Shown here piece after piece: positions 42,613-51,865 of a stretch of DNA of 53,855 nucleotides (position 1 is the stretch's first letter; each line of letters opens with the position of its first letter). The notes under the pieces were generated by a model. That model was not told the origin of the DNA. It saw only the letters and a list, made by a program, of their open reading frames with translations, and did not search any database. The stretch comes from Candidatus Parcubacteria bacterium (GTDB lineage: Bacteria > Patescibacteriota > Saccharimonadia > Saccharimonadales > Saccharimonadaceae). The stretch is taken from NCBI GenBank assembly GCA_023432475.1, contig JAEYUN010000011.1:1-53855 (forward strand). Direction: 5' to 3'. Position numbers and translations under genes: made by a program.

Positions 42613-44640
42613 TTAATTTAGACTGGTCAGTCTGCGGTATTTTTGAATCTGTTGCCATAACTCAGTATATTGTAGCAAATCAACCCCGTCTTCCCGCAGC
42701 TGTTTAGTTGTGCGTCGCACCCGCGCCATCAAACGACTATCGCTGAGGCGGGCAAAGTTAAGGTTTAACTCGCCATGCTGGGCTCGGCCATAAATCTCTC
42801 CCGGGCCACGCAGCTCAAGGTCTTTTTCTGCCAGATAAAAGCCGTCATTCGACTTTTCCAGCTCGCGTAGACGCCGACTCGGTGCATCGGAAGTCGAAGT
42901 TATCAAATAACAATAACTCTGCAGGGCACTGCGCCCGACCCGTCCACGTAGTTGATGAAGTTGAGCCAAGCCGAACCGCTCAGCCCCTTCAATAAGTATG
43001 ACCGTGGCATTCGGTACATCGACCCCAACTTCCACCACGGTCGTACTCACCAATATATCTATATCGCCAGCTGCGAAATCCTGCATGACGGCTGTTTTTT
43101 CTTCGCTTTTAAGCTTGCCGTGCAGGAGCCCCAGGCGATATTCTTTAAAAACCGACGCCTTCAAACGTTTCAACTCGGCAGTGACACTAGCTAGTTCATC
43201 GACACCCTCTTCTATCCTGGGACAAATTACATAGACTTGCCTGCCCGCAACAATCTGTTGCTCAACTGCGGCATACATTTGGGCCCGTGAATTCGGCGAC
43301 ACAATATGTGTTTTTATAGGCAAACGATTCTTTGGTTTTTCGCCCAGTAATGATATATCTAGTTCGCCGTAAACAGTCAGTTGTAAACTGCGTGGGATAG
43401 GTGTTGCCGTCATAGCCAGTAAGTGAGGCATCTTATCGCTTTTTTGCAAAAGCTTCTGCCTTTGTTCAACGCCGAAACGGTGCTGCTCATCTATAACCAC
43501 GAAACCAAGTCGCGCGAAACTAACCTTGTCCTCCAACAGGGCGTGAGTACCTACCACCACGTCTATTACACCCTCGGCGATGCGACTATATAGTTCTCGT
43601 TTAGCACTTAGCTTAACCGAACCGGTAAGCAAGCCGACCGATACTTCAAAAGGAGATAGTAACTTGGTTAGTGTTTCGGCGTGCTGGCGGGCCAATAGTT
43701 CGGTCGGGGCCATAAACGCTGACTGAAACCCGGCCCGGTGGGCAATGTACGATACCAACCCTGCCACCACGGTTTTGCCGGAACCAACATCACCCTGCAG
43801 CAGCCGGTTCATTGGCTGACCGGCCGCTAAGTTTTGAATAGCCTCCCACGCCGCTATTCTTTGTGCCGATGTCAGCTCAAACGGCAAACGCCGCACAAAA
43901 GCCTGAGCGTCAGTGGCCGAAAACTCAATAGCGTGAGCATCTAGTGACTCGTTATCTTCACGGTTTAGGGTCGAAGCCAGCATGAGAGCTAACATCTCCT
44001 CAAAAGCCATCCGTTCTTTAGCTCGTTCCAGTTCTTCGACACTTTCGGGAAAATGCAGAGTGTGCACCGCGTCCGGATAGCTCATCAGTTTTTCGCGCCT
44101 TAACAAATCATCCGGAAGGGTTTCCGGCAGCGCAAGCATCAACGGTCGCAGTTCAAATAAAATCTTACGCAGCGTCACCGACTTTAGCTCGCCGGTTTGA
44201 CGGTAGACCGGCACGATTCGTCCGCCGCTGGCAGCTTCACGCTGTGCTAGCTCGACGCTTGGATTAGTCAACTGATACCGACCACGCTGCAGGCCAAACT
44301 CACCAGAGACCAAAAACTCAGCACTCTGTCTAAGTTGAGCTACCCGGTAACTCTGATTAAACCAAACCACCGCCACTTTGCCGGTTTTATCAACCAAAGT
44401 TGCCTCTGTTATGTTCATGCCACGTCGCACCCGACGTGACGAAACGTTTTCAAAACGCCCTTCGAGGCTGACTTTACCTGGTTTGAGTGCTGCCACTGTT
44501 GTAATGTTGGAATAATCCTCGTAGGTTCTTGGAAAAAATCTAAGCAAATCACCCACGGTTTTTAGCCCCGCCGAACGTAACAGGTCGGCGGTTTTGGGCC
44601 CGACGCCTTTGACCTGTTCGATAAGAGTGGATGGCTCCAT
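42613..44640 (-). CDS. recG: ATP-dependent DNA helicase RecG
   Basis: 675 aa. Wedge domain plus helicase motifs ...LLQGDVGSGKTVVA..., ...VVIDEQHRFGV..., ...AMTATPIPRSL..., ...QLHQLRGRVGR... Confidence 0.95.
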   Translation of the reverse strand: MEPSTLIEQVKGVGPKTADLLRSAGLKTVGDLLRFFPRTYEDYSNITTVAALKPGKVSLEGRFENVSSRRVRRGMNITEATLVDKTGKVAVVWFNQSYRVAQLRQSAEFLVSGEFGLQRGRYQLTNPSVELAQREAASGGRIVPVYRQTGELKSVTLRKILFELRPLMLALPETLPDDLLRREKLMSYPDAVHTLHFPESVEELERAKERMAFEEMLALMLASTLNREDNESLDAHAIEFSATDAQAFVRRLPFELTSAQRIAAWEAIQNLAAGQPMNRLLQGDVGSGKTVVAGLVSYIAHRAGFQSAFMAPTELLARQHAETLTKLLSPFEVSVGLLTGSVKLSAKRELYSRIAEGVIDVVVGTHALLEDKVSFARLGFVVIDEQHRFGVEQRQKLLQKSDKMPHLLAMTATPIPRSLQLTVYGELDISLLGEKPKNRLPIKTHIVSPNSRAQMYAAVEQQIVAGRQVYVICPRIEEGVDELASVTAELKRLKASVFKEYRLGLLHGKLKSEEKTAVMQDFAAGDIDILVSTTVVEVGVDVPNATVILIEGAERFGLAQLHQLRGRVGRSALQSYCYLITSTSDAPSRRLRELEKSNDGFYLAEKDLELRGPGEIYGRAQHGELNLNFARLSDSRLMARVRRTTKQLREDGVDLLQYTELWQQIQKYRRLTSLN

Positions 44641-44647
44641 GACGAAT

Positions 44648-45850
44648 CTACCGTACTAGAACGAAACTATTCTTGCCTTTTTTAATCAGGCTACGACTTG
44701 GTAAATCACATTCCCCACTGACCTTTTTGCCGTTAACTGAAATCGCGCCGCCGTCAAGCAGCCGACGGGCTTCGCCGTTGCTACTAACTAGGCCGGAAGT
44801 AACCAGAGCATTAATGAGGCTACCGGAAGCGGATACGGGAATTTCTTGGGCTAGCATGTCAATTTCCTCATCGAGCAATTGCTCGAAAGGTGTGTCGCCA
44901 AACAGTGCGGCGGTTACGTTGCGTGCCTGTTCAGCCCTAGCACCACCGTGCACCAGTTTAGTCACGTCATATGCTAGGTATTTCTGGGCTGTTCGCTCGC
45001 CTGGATTCGAACTGAACTCGGCCATCAGTTGGTCATATTTAGCGGGGTCTATATCAGTAAATATCTTCAAAAGCTCGCCAACAGTCGCATCGTCAACATT
45101 CAACCAGAATTGGTAGAATTTATACGGGCTGGTCATGTCTGGGTCAAGCCAGACGGCATTGCCTTCGCTTTTGCCAAACTTTTTACCGTTAGAATCTACT
45201 ATGAGCGGTACCGTCCAGACATGAGCCTCGGCATTTTCTAGTTTTTTTATCATTTGGGCGCCCGAGAGCATGTTACCCCATTGGTCGGATCCGCCAATTT
45301 GCAGCGTTGCGCCTTTTTCGCGGTAGAGATGCAAGAAATCATAGCCTTGAATAAGCGAGTAACTAAACTCGGCATAACTTATGCCGCTGGCACCCTCACC
45401 TATACGCGCTTGTACAAATTCGCGGTCGAGTAACTGTGTCATGGAGAAATGCTTGCCGATATCGCGTAGGAAATCTAAATAGCCAATGTTCTTAAACCAA
45501 TCGTAATTATCAACTAGCTCAAACGCCTCACCTGCGAGAAGTTTTTTGTATTGCTCGGCGATATTTGCCTTGTTGGTAGCAACTTCATCAAGTGACTTAA
45601 GCTCGCGCTCTGCGTCTTCCTTTGGGTCGCCGACCATGCCGGTGGCACCGCCGACTAATACTATTGCCCTGTGCCCATGGGCAATCAGGTGCCTCACCAG
45701 GCATACCGTAGCGAGATTGCCAATATGCATGCTGGCCGCACTTGGGTCGACCCCTAAATAAAATGTCCGCGGTTCATTAATACCGCTCGGATCGGCGAAA
45801 GTAGTTTGGTTAACGAAGCCTCGCCAGATGAGTTCTTCAGAAATTGTCAT
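44648..45850 (-). CDS. tyrS: tyrosyl-tRNA synthetase
   Basis: ...FYLGVDPSAASMHIGNLATV...GGSDQWGNM...KFGKSEGNAVWLD...; C-terminal S4-like domain. Confidence 0.95.
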   Translation of the reverse strand: MTISEELIWRGFVNQTTFADPSGINEPRTFYLGVDPSAASMHIGNLATVCLVRHLIAHGHRAIVLVGGATGMVGDPKEDAERELKSLDEVATNKANIAEQYKKLLAGEAFELVDNYDWFKNIGYLDFLRDIGKHFSMTQLLDREFVQARIGEGASGISYAEFSYSLIQGYDFLHLYREKGATLQIGGSDQWGNMLSGAQMIKKLENAEAHVWTVPLIVDSNGKKFGKSEGNAVWLDPDMTSPYKFYQFWLNVDDATVGELLKIFTDIDPAKYDQLMAEFSSNPGERTAQKYLAYDVTKLVHGGARAEQARNVTAALFGDTPFEQLLDEEIDMLAQEIPVSASGSLINALVTSGLVSSNGEARRLLDGGAISVNGKKVSGECDLPSRSLIKKGKNSFVLVR

Positions 45851-45906
45851 ATTGCTTACAATTGTACAGTATTTGTTTTGTCTTCACAGCATGAGCACTT
45901 TGTTGT

Positions 45907-45915
45907 GCTATAATT
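45907..45915 (+). promoter_or_regulatory. extended -10 promoter TGcTATAAT for the PBP gene
   Basis: TGCTATAAT matches TGnTATAAT. A GGAAAAGGGG SD precedes ATG 45956. Confidence 0.55.
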
Positions 45916-45955
45916 TAAGCTGAAAATGCGAGCACTAAGGAAAAGGGGTTAGTCG

Positions 45956-48586
45956 ATGAAAAAGCGTTCAGGCAAGAGTTTGAGTTTGTACTCGAATCTG
46001 TCAAATCGCCACAAGGCCAATCGTGATTACAAAGCCCGTCGCAAAGCTGAGTATTTGGCCAGTTTACCAAAGCATCCTGTGAAGCGGATTTTATACCGGA
46101 TGCACCCTAAAAGATTCTTCACTTATTGGTTTAGCCGCGAAGGTTTGATTATGGCCGGTAAAATAGCCGGTATCGGTATAGCTATTGTTGTTTTGCTTAT
46201 TGGGGTACTGTTTGTGTACTATCGCCGCGAACTTGATGCTATAAAACCTGACGAGATTAGCAAACGAGTTCAGTCTACCGTCACTAAGTACTATGACCGT
46301 AACGGTGTACTCCTATGGGAAGATAAAGGTGACGGCAATTACAAGTTAGTAGTCAAGTCAGACGAAATCTCGCAAAATATGAAAAACGCCACAGTGGCGA
46401 TTGAAGATAAGGATTTTTACAAACATGGCGGTTTCAGTCTAAGTGGTATTATCCGGGCTGCCTGGTCAAACTTAACCGGTAGTGGCACCACCCAAGGCGG
46501 ATCCACCCTAACCCAGCAGCTTATTAAACAGGTTTTCTTCGCCGACGAAGCTAGCGACAGGGGCATAACTGGCGTACCACGCAAGATAAAAGAAGTTATT
46601 CTCTCTATCCAAGTGGAGAGTATGTATGACAAAGATCAGATATTAACTATGTACCTTAACGAATCGCCTTACGGCGGTCGTCGTAATGGTGTGGAATCCG
46701 CCGCCAAGACCTATTTTGAAAAATCCGCTAAGGACCTTAGTCTAGCGGAATCGGCTTTGTTGGCTGCCATACCTCAAAATCCATCGTATTATAATCCAGC
46801 TAATCTGGAGAATACCGGTGGACGCGAAGCTTTGCTAGCACGTAAAGACACCGTGCTTGATTACATGGCCGAGCAAGGCTATATCAGCAAAGACCAGGCT
46901 GAGGAAGCTAAAAAAGTAGCTATTCTCGATGCCGTTAAACCAGAATCCGACCAGCTACGCGACTCCAAAGCCCCGCACTTTGTCCAAATGGTCAAGTCCG
47001 AACTGCAAACCAAACTTGGCGCCAAAACCGTTGGTGACGGGGGTCTAACGGTTAAGACCACTCTCGACTGGGGTGCTCAGCAGGTTGTCGATCAAGCTAT
47101 TGACGCCTTATTCGCCAGCAACGCTCCAGCTGCTAACCGCTTCAGTAACGGCGCTTCAACCATGATTGACGCACAAACCGGGCAGATACTGGCTATGCGT
47201 GGCAGTCGAGACTTTTACTACCCTGGCTTCGGCGCATATAACGCCGCTACGACGTATATACAACCGGGTTCCACTATCAAACCGCTGGTTTATTCAGCTT
47301 TGCTTAAGGGGAATTACGGTGCCGGTTCAATTATTGCCGACGACCCTATTCCGCAGTCAATTTATCGAACCGATACCGGGCAGTCGGTTCAGAACTTCGA
47401 CAACAGATTCCAGGGAGCTATATCATTGCGCTCGGCTCTCGCCCAGTCGCGCAACATACCGGCTATCAAAGCCATGTATATCGCTGGTCGAGATCAAACC
47501 CTTGATACTATTCACGAGATGGGTAACTTAAGCTACTGCACGCTGGGTGTTGAAACTTCAGTAGGGCTATCGGCTGCAATTGGCGGTTGTACCACCAAGC
47601 AGGTTGAACATGCCAATGCTTTTGCTACCATTGCCCGCATGGGCGTTTATAAACCAGTAGCCAGCATATTGGAAGTGCGAAACGCTCAAAGCCAAGTGAT
47701 CGACCAATGGAAAGACTCATCGAAACAAGTTCTTGACCCGCAAATCGCCTATGAAATTGCCGATATTTTAAGCGACAACAATGCTCGGGCTCCCGCTTTT
47801 GGTAGTAACTCAGTTGGTTTCCTGCCCGGCGATGGCGTTAAAATAGCGGGTAAGACCGGCACGTCCAATATTGGCGCTACCGGTGATGCCAATAACTTCT
47901 GGTTTGTCAGTTTTAGCCCTAAAGTAGTACTGGCTACCTGGGTGGGCAACAACGACCCAAAAATCCCTCTACGAGGCTTCTCCACCGCCCTAGGGCCGAC
48001 AAACCGCAAAATTATGCATGACGTCCATATTAATGTTTTTGCTAAAGATGGTAGCTGGAAACCGAACGACTGGTTTACTCAGCCAGCTGGGCTGCAGCGG
48101 CTAAGTATTAACGGACGAAACGACTTCTACCCTTCCTGGTACAACAAAGCTAATGCCTCAAAAGAAGAAAAGATAGTCTTTGACAAAGTCTCCAAGAAGC
48201 GGGCCACCGACTGTACACCGGCCGCTGCGCGTATCGAAGTTGGTTTGCAGGCAGTCGAAGACCCTGTGACTAAGAAAAAATCCTATATATCAACCAACGG
48301 CTACAACCCCAACGAGTCCGATACTTTACATAATTGTGCTGATGTTAAGCCGCACATTAATAATGTTCAGGTTCAAAACAATAAGGTGATCGTGAACGTG
48401 ACCATGGGCACCCATGCTCTACAGAGCATTACTCTGACAAGTGATGGTAACACTGTCGCAACTCTGAGCGTCAGCACTAGCGGTACCTACGATATACCCT
48501 ACAACAGCACAAACGGCCAGACAATCACCGCTATTGTAACTGACGTCGCACTATATAGCAGCCCGCCCCTCAGCGACACCAACTAG
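45956..48586 (+). CDS. bifunctional class A penicillin-binding protein (GT51 transglycosylase + transpeptidase) with an extra C-terminal beta-rich domain
   Basis: TM anchor. GT51 motifs ...AIEDKDFYKHGG..., ...GGSTLTQQL... Transpeptidase motifs STIKP, SRN, KTGTS. About 150 extra C-terminal residues. Confidence 0.93.
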   Translation: MKKRSGKSLSLYSNLSNRHKANRDYKARRKAEYLASLPKHPVKRILYRMHPKRFFTYWFSREGLIMAGKIAGIGIAIVVLLIGVLFVYYRRELDAIKPDEISKRVQSTVTKYYDRNGVLLWEDKGDGNYKLVVKSDEISQNMKNATVAIEDKDFYKHGGFSLSGIIRAAWSNLTGSGTTQGGSTLTQQLIKQVFFADEASDRGITGVPRKIKEVILSIQVESMYDKDQILTMYLNESPYGGRRNGVESAAKTYFEKSAKDLSLAESALLAAIPQNPSYYNPANLENTGGREALLARKDTVLDYMAEQGYISKDQAEEAKKVAILDAVKPESDQLRDSKAPHFVQMVKSELQTKLGAKTVGDGGLTVKTTLDWGAQQVVDQAIDALFASNAPAANRFSNGASTMIDAQTGQILAMRGSRDFYYPGFGAYNAATTYIQPGSTIKPLVYSALLKGNYGAGSIIADDPIPQSIYRTDTGQSVQNFDNRFQGAISLRSALAQSRNIPAIKAMYIAGRDQTLDTIHEMGNLSYCTLGVETSVGLSAAIGGCTTKQVEHANAFATIARMGVYKPVASILEVRNAQSQVIDQWKDSSKQVLDPQIAYEIADILSDNNARAPAFGSNSVGFLPGDGVKIAGKTGTSNIGATGDANNFWFVSFSPKVVLATWVGNNDPKIPLRGFSTALGPTNRKIMHDVHINVFAKDGSWKPNDWFTQPAGLQRLSINGRNDFYPSWYNKANASKEEKIVFDKVSKKRATDCTPAAARIEVGLQAVEDPVTKKKSYISTNGYNPNESDTLHNCADVKPHINNVQVQNNKVIVNVTMGTHALQSITLTSDGNTVATLSVSTSGTYDIPYNSTNGQTITAIVTDVALYSSPPLSDTN

Positions 48587-48627
48587 ACATTAGACACTAA
48601 AAGTGGAGCTATGGTCACGTAGTAACC

Positions 48628-49449
48628 TTACTTGTTTGCTAGGTCGACGAGTTTGTCTTCGGGATTGCGTGATTGGCTGCGCGGCGCTCGACGCCTAGTC
48701 TGACGCTGAGTAGGTGGGTTCATGAGACGAGAAGTTTTGACGGCTTGCGTAGCCTTGTTTGCTGGCGTTAAGTTATGTTTAGCAAATAGCATCTTGCCGG
48801 CAGCCGTCTGTAATACCCTAGTTGCTTCGACTATTATGGTCTGCCCTATAAAACCGCTAGCTTTATCGACTACCACCATAGTGCCGTCGTCTAGATAACC
48901 AACCGCTTGGTGAGAATCTTGCCCTACTTGAACCAGTTTTACTTCCAACTCTTCACCCGGTAGATAAAGGACGCGTAGTGAATGTGCTAATTCATTGATA
49001 TTTATCACCTTGACAGCTTGTACCCTGGCTGATTTATTGAGATTATAGTCAATCGTACAAAGCTTGGCCCCCCACAGTTTCGACAACTTAATAAGCTGTT
49101 CATCGACACCATGTGAATCGGTCTTGCCATCTTCAACTACCCTTAACTCAACACCTTCGAGCGACTGTAGCTGTTCAATCATATCCAGGCCAAAACGGGC
49201 ACGTTCACGTTTATCATGGTCAGCTTTGTCGGCCATAAACTGTAGCTCCCGTACCACGCTATTGGGTACTATGAGCGGCGCACTGAGAAGGCCAGAACGA
49301 GCAATCGGCAAAATCCGCCCGTCTATTAGCACGCTAGTATCAAGTATTACGCTGTCTTTTTCAACTTTATTTGGCTTGATGGATTTGAGAGTCAGGTAAG
49401 TTGTTTCACCAAACACGCCGAGCGTTACAAGTAATGTTAGTAGATCCAT
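48628..49449 (-). CDS. PIN/TRAM domain protein (YacL-like)
   Basis: N-terminal TM segment, PIN-like ...VILDTSVLIDGRI..., and C-terminal TRAM-like ...GEELEVKLVQVGQDSHQAVGYLDDGTMVVVD... It lies next to radA, as in Firmicutes. Confidence 0.8.
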   Translation of the reverse strand: MDLLTLLVTLGVFGETTYLTLKSIKPNKVEKDSVILDTSVLIDGRILPIARSGLLSAPLIVPNSVVRELQFMADKADHDKRERARFGLDMIEQLQSLEGVELRVVEDGKTDSHGVDEQLIKLSKLWGAKLCTIDYNLNKSARVQAVKVININELAHSLRVLYLPGEELEVKLVQVGQDSHQAVGYLDDGTMVVVDKASGFIGQTIIVEATRVLQTAAGKMLFAKHNLTPANKATQAVKTSRLMNPPTQRQTRRRAPRSQSRNPEDKLVDLANK

Positions 49450-49480
49450 ATTTTTGATTAATTCCTTTTTATAAATAAAA

Positions 49481-50830
49481 TTATGCTTTTAGGTAAGTGT
49501 TGAGCGCTTCGCGTAAATCGGTTACAGGTTTTATGAAGCTATCGCGCGGCTTAGTTGACGGCGCGATCGCCCCAACAAAGCCCAGTTTTTTTGCTTCTTT
49601 GGTTCGACGGCTGCTCGCACTGACACTGCGTACTTCACCCGACAGTCCGATCTCGCCAAAAACGACTAATTTCTCGTCTAATTTTCGTTGAGCAGCCGCT
49701 GACGCAATTGCCATACATATCGCTAAATCAGCCGCTGGGTCTTGAAGACGCAGTCCGCCCACAACATTAATGAATATATCGCTCTCACCCAACTTTAACT
49801 TAGTGCGTCGCTCGAGAACAGCTATAAGTACATTGAGTCGGTTGATGTCAAAGCCAGAAGCTGTCCGTTTCGGGTAGCCAAAGTGGGTCGGGTTAACTAG
49901 GGCTTGAATCTCAACCAAAAGCGGCCGGTTACCTTCCATGGTTGCCAAAATAACCGAACCATCTTCCTGACCACGTTCGGCCAGTAATTGAGCTGATGGG
50001 TTTTCAACATGTTTTAAGCCCTCTTCCGCCATCTCAAATAACGCCACATCGGCGGTCGAGCCATAACGATTCTTAGCGGCCCTGAGCAGCTTGAAACCGC
50101 CGTAGCGGTCACCTTCAAACTGGAGAACAACATCGACCAAGTGTTCTAAGACTTTCGGACCGGCTATACTGCCTTCTTTTGTGACATGCCCAACTAGTAC
50201 GACTGCAGTATTGGTCGCTTTGGCGGCTCTGATGATAACATTGGCCGAATTAGTGATTTGACTGACGGTACCAGGAGCTGAGGCTATTTCGGCCATAGAC
50301 ATCGTCTGCATCGAGTCTACCACAACCAGGCTGTAGGCACCGGTTTTTATAGTAGAAGCTATGTCATCGGCACTAGTGCTGGTTGCTAAGGCTAATTGCT
50401 CCGGGATCTCCTGGGATAGCCTATCACCACGCATTTTAACTTGGCTGGCTGATTCTTCACCGCTAACATATAACACTGGAGACTTACGGCCAACATGGAG
50501 GGCAATTTGCATTAGCAAAGTACTCTTACCAACACCTGGTTCGCCCGCCAGCAATATAACTCCCCCTGGCATTAAACCAGCGCCAAGCACGTCATCAACC
50601 TCATTAAAACCAGAAGATAAGCGGGTTGAAGTCGCCTCTACTTTTACGCTCGTAAAGGTTTCGGCTCGCAGCGGTCGTCCGCTTGATCGTTCAACAATAG
50701 CCTTTTTTTCTGCTGTAACAGCTTCTTCTACCAAACTATTCCATTCACCGCAATTCTCACAGCGCCCGCTCCATTTCGGATAGCGAGTCCCGCACTGCTG
50801 ACAAACGTACTGATGTTTAGCTTTGGCCAT
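49481..50830 (-). CDS. radA: DNA repair protein RadA/Sms
   Basis: MAKAKHQYVCQQCGTRYPKWSGRCENCGEWNS... zinc finger, GEPGVGKSTLL Walker A, KNRYG motif, Lon-like C-terminus. Confidence 0.96.
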   Translation of the reverse strand: MAKAKHQYVCQQCGTRYPKWSGRCENCGEWNSLVEEAVTAEKKAIVERSSGRPLRAETFTSVKVEATSTRLSSGFNEVDDVLGAGLMPGGVILLAGEPGVGKSTLLMQIALHVGRKSPVLYVSGEESASQVKMRGDRLSQEIPEQLALATSTSADDIASTIKTGAYSLVVVDSMQTMSMAEIASAPGTVSQITNSANVIIRAAKATNTAVVLVGHVTKEGSIAGPKVLEHLVDVVLQFEGDRYGGFKLLRAAKNRYGSTADVALFEMAEEGLKHVENPSAQLLAERGQEDGSVILATMEGNRPLLVEIQALVNPTHFGYPKRTASGFDINRLNVLIAVLERRTKLKLGESDIFINVVGGLRLQDPAADLAICMAIASAAAQRKLDEKLVVFGEIGLSGEVRSVSASSRRTKEAKKLGFVGAIAPSTKPRDSFIKPVTDLREALNTYLKA

Positions 50831-51865
50831 TTATAAATTCGGGGTTGGAGATAATTTGCTATTGATGCTTTCGTTCAGACCTTCGACTGCTAAATTGAGA
50901 GCCTCTAACTCGGCCTTCTTATCATTATACGTGTCAATCGCTCGGTTAATAGCATCTCTTTCACTCTGCAGCGCTGCTATGCGCCGTTCGAGCCGAGTCT
51001 TTCTGGCATTAAACTCTACTGTAGTTGCGACACCAGACTGGTTCCAGGCGTTAAATGCGGCAATGTCCGAGTTTATCTGCGCCAGATCCTTGGTGTAGAC
51101 AGTCTGACGAGCCGCCACGTCGGCCGCTATAGCATTAAGCTCAGTTACTAACCTAGTTTGGCTATTCTTCAGGTCGGTAAAAACTTTTTCGTATTTATTC
51201 TTTAGCCCTACCACAACTTGTCGGTCGACAAAATAATTTGAATAGTATGACTCGAGCTCGGCAGGCAAGCTAGCTACTTCGGTACCAAAGATCGAGTGCA
51301 GCTCGTTGACGACAGCGTTTGGTTCGGTTTTCTTGTAGCGCTCAATCAAATCTACCAAACGTGGTTCGGTAATAGTCTTTGCCAGAGCCAGCAGTTGGCT
51401 GTCTACTTGACTACGCTTCTTCTCATCAAGTCTATCGTAAGCAGCGTGCAACATCTCATGAGCGGTTGTCACCTCGACAATACCATTCAGCCGTTCGTCA
51501 GTTACCTTAAAAATATATATATGTTTTTCAGGTAACCGATAGCATCCCAGTACGACGGTTTGTTCGTTTTGCAACGAACCACAAGCTTGGTTAAAAGTGT
51601 TGTTGTTGACTATCGCAGCTCGAGAGGCGTATAAATAAAATTTTCCAGTATCGCTTAAACTAGCTCGCTCCACTGTTTGATTCAACTCTGAGGAAGGCTC
51701 AAATGCCCAAACCGAGAGTTGATCAAGAATCGGTTGTCGATAGGTAAACAGCAGTGCTGCTGAGATAAGTAGCAACAAGGACCACACGCCCGCCCACCAT
51801 AGCCGCCAATGATGATTGCTCGGTTGGTGTTGGCTATGGTCGTTAGTTTGAGCTGCTTGTGACAT
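50831..51865 (-). CDS. membrane-anchored protein with HExxH motif and C-terminal coiled coil, 344 aa
   Basis: TM ...WRLWWAGVWSLLLLISAALLF..., ...VEVTTAHEMLHAAYDRL... (HExxH), and a heptad-like C-terminal region of about 120 aa. The start overlaps the clpC stop (TAATG) and the stop abuts the radA ATG. Confidence 0.75.
   Translation of the reverse strand: MSQAAQTNDHSQHQPSNHHWRLWWAGVWSLLLLISAALLFTYRQPILDQLSVWAFEPSSELNQTVERASLSDTGKFYLYASRAAIVNNNTFNQACGSLQNEQTVVLGCYRLPEKHIYIFKVTDERLNGIVEVTTAHEMLHAAYDRLDEKKRSQVDSQLLALAKTITEPRLVDLIERYKKTEPNAVVNELHSIFGTEVASLPAELESYYSNYFVDRQVVVGLKNKYEKVFTDLKNSQTRLVTELNAIAADVAARQTVYTKDLAQINSDIAAFNAWNQSGVATTVEFNARKTRLERRIAALQSERDAINRAIDTYNDKKAELEALNLAVEGLNESINSKLSPTPNL

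Noticed and set aside
45851-45955. A T-box or other riboswitch leader upstream of tyrS, and similarly upstream of hisS and trpS.
   Set aside because: The distance from the nearest -10-like box to the ATG is only 8-10 nt, and the whole divergent spacer is 105 bp. There is no room for a T-box.
48587-48627. A terminator between the convergent PBP1A and yacL-like genes.
   Set aside because: The 41-bp spacer shows no stable inverted repeat; only a short TAGACA direct repeat is present. No feature was called.
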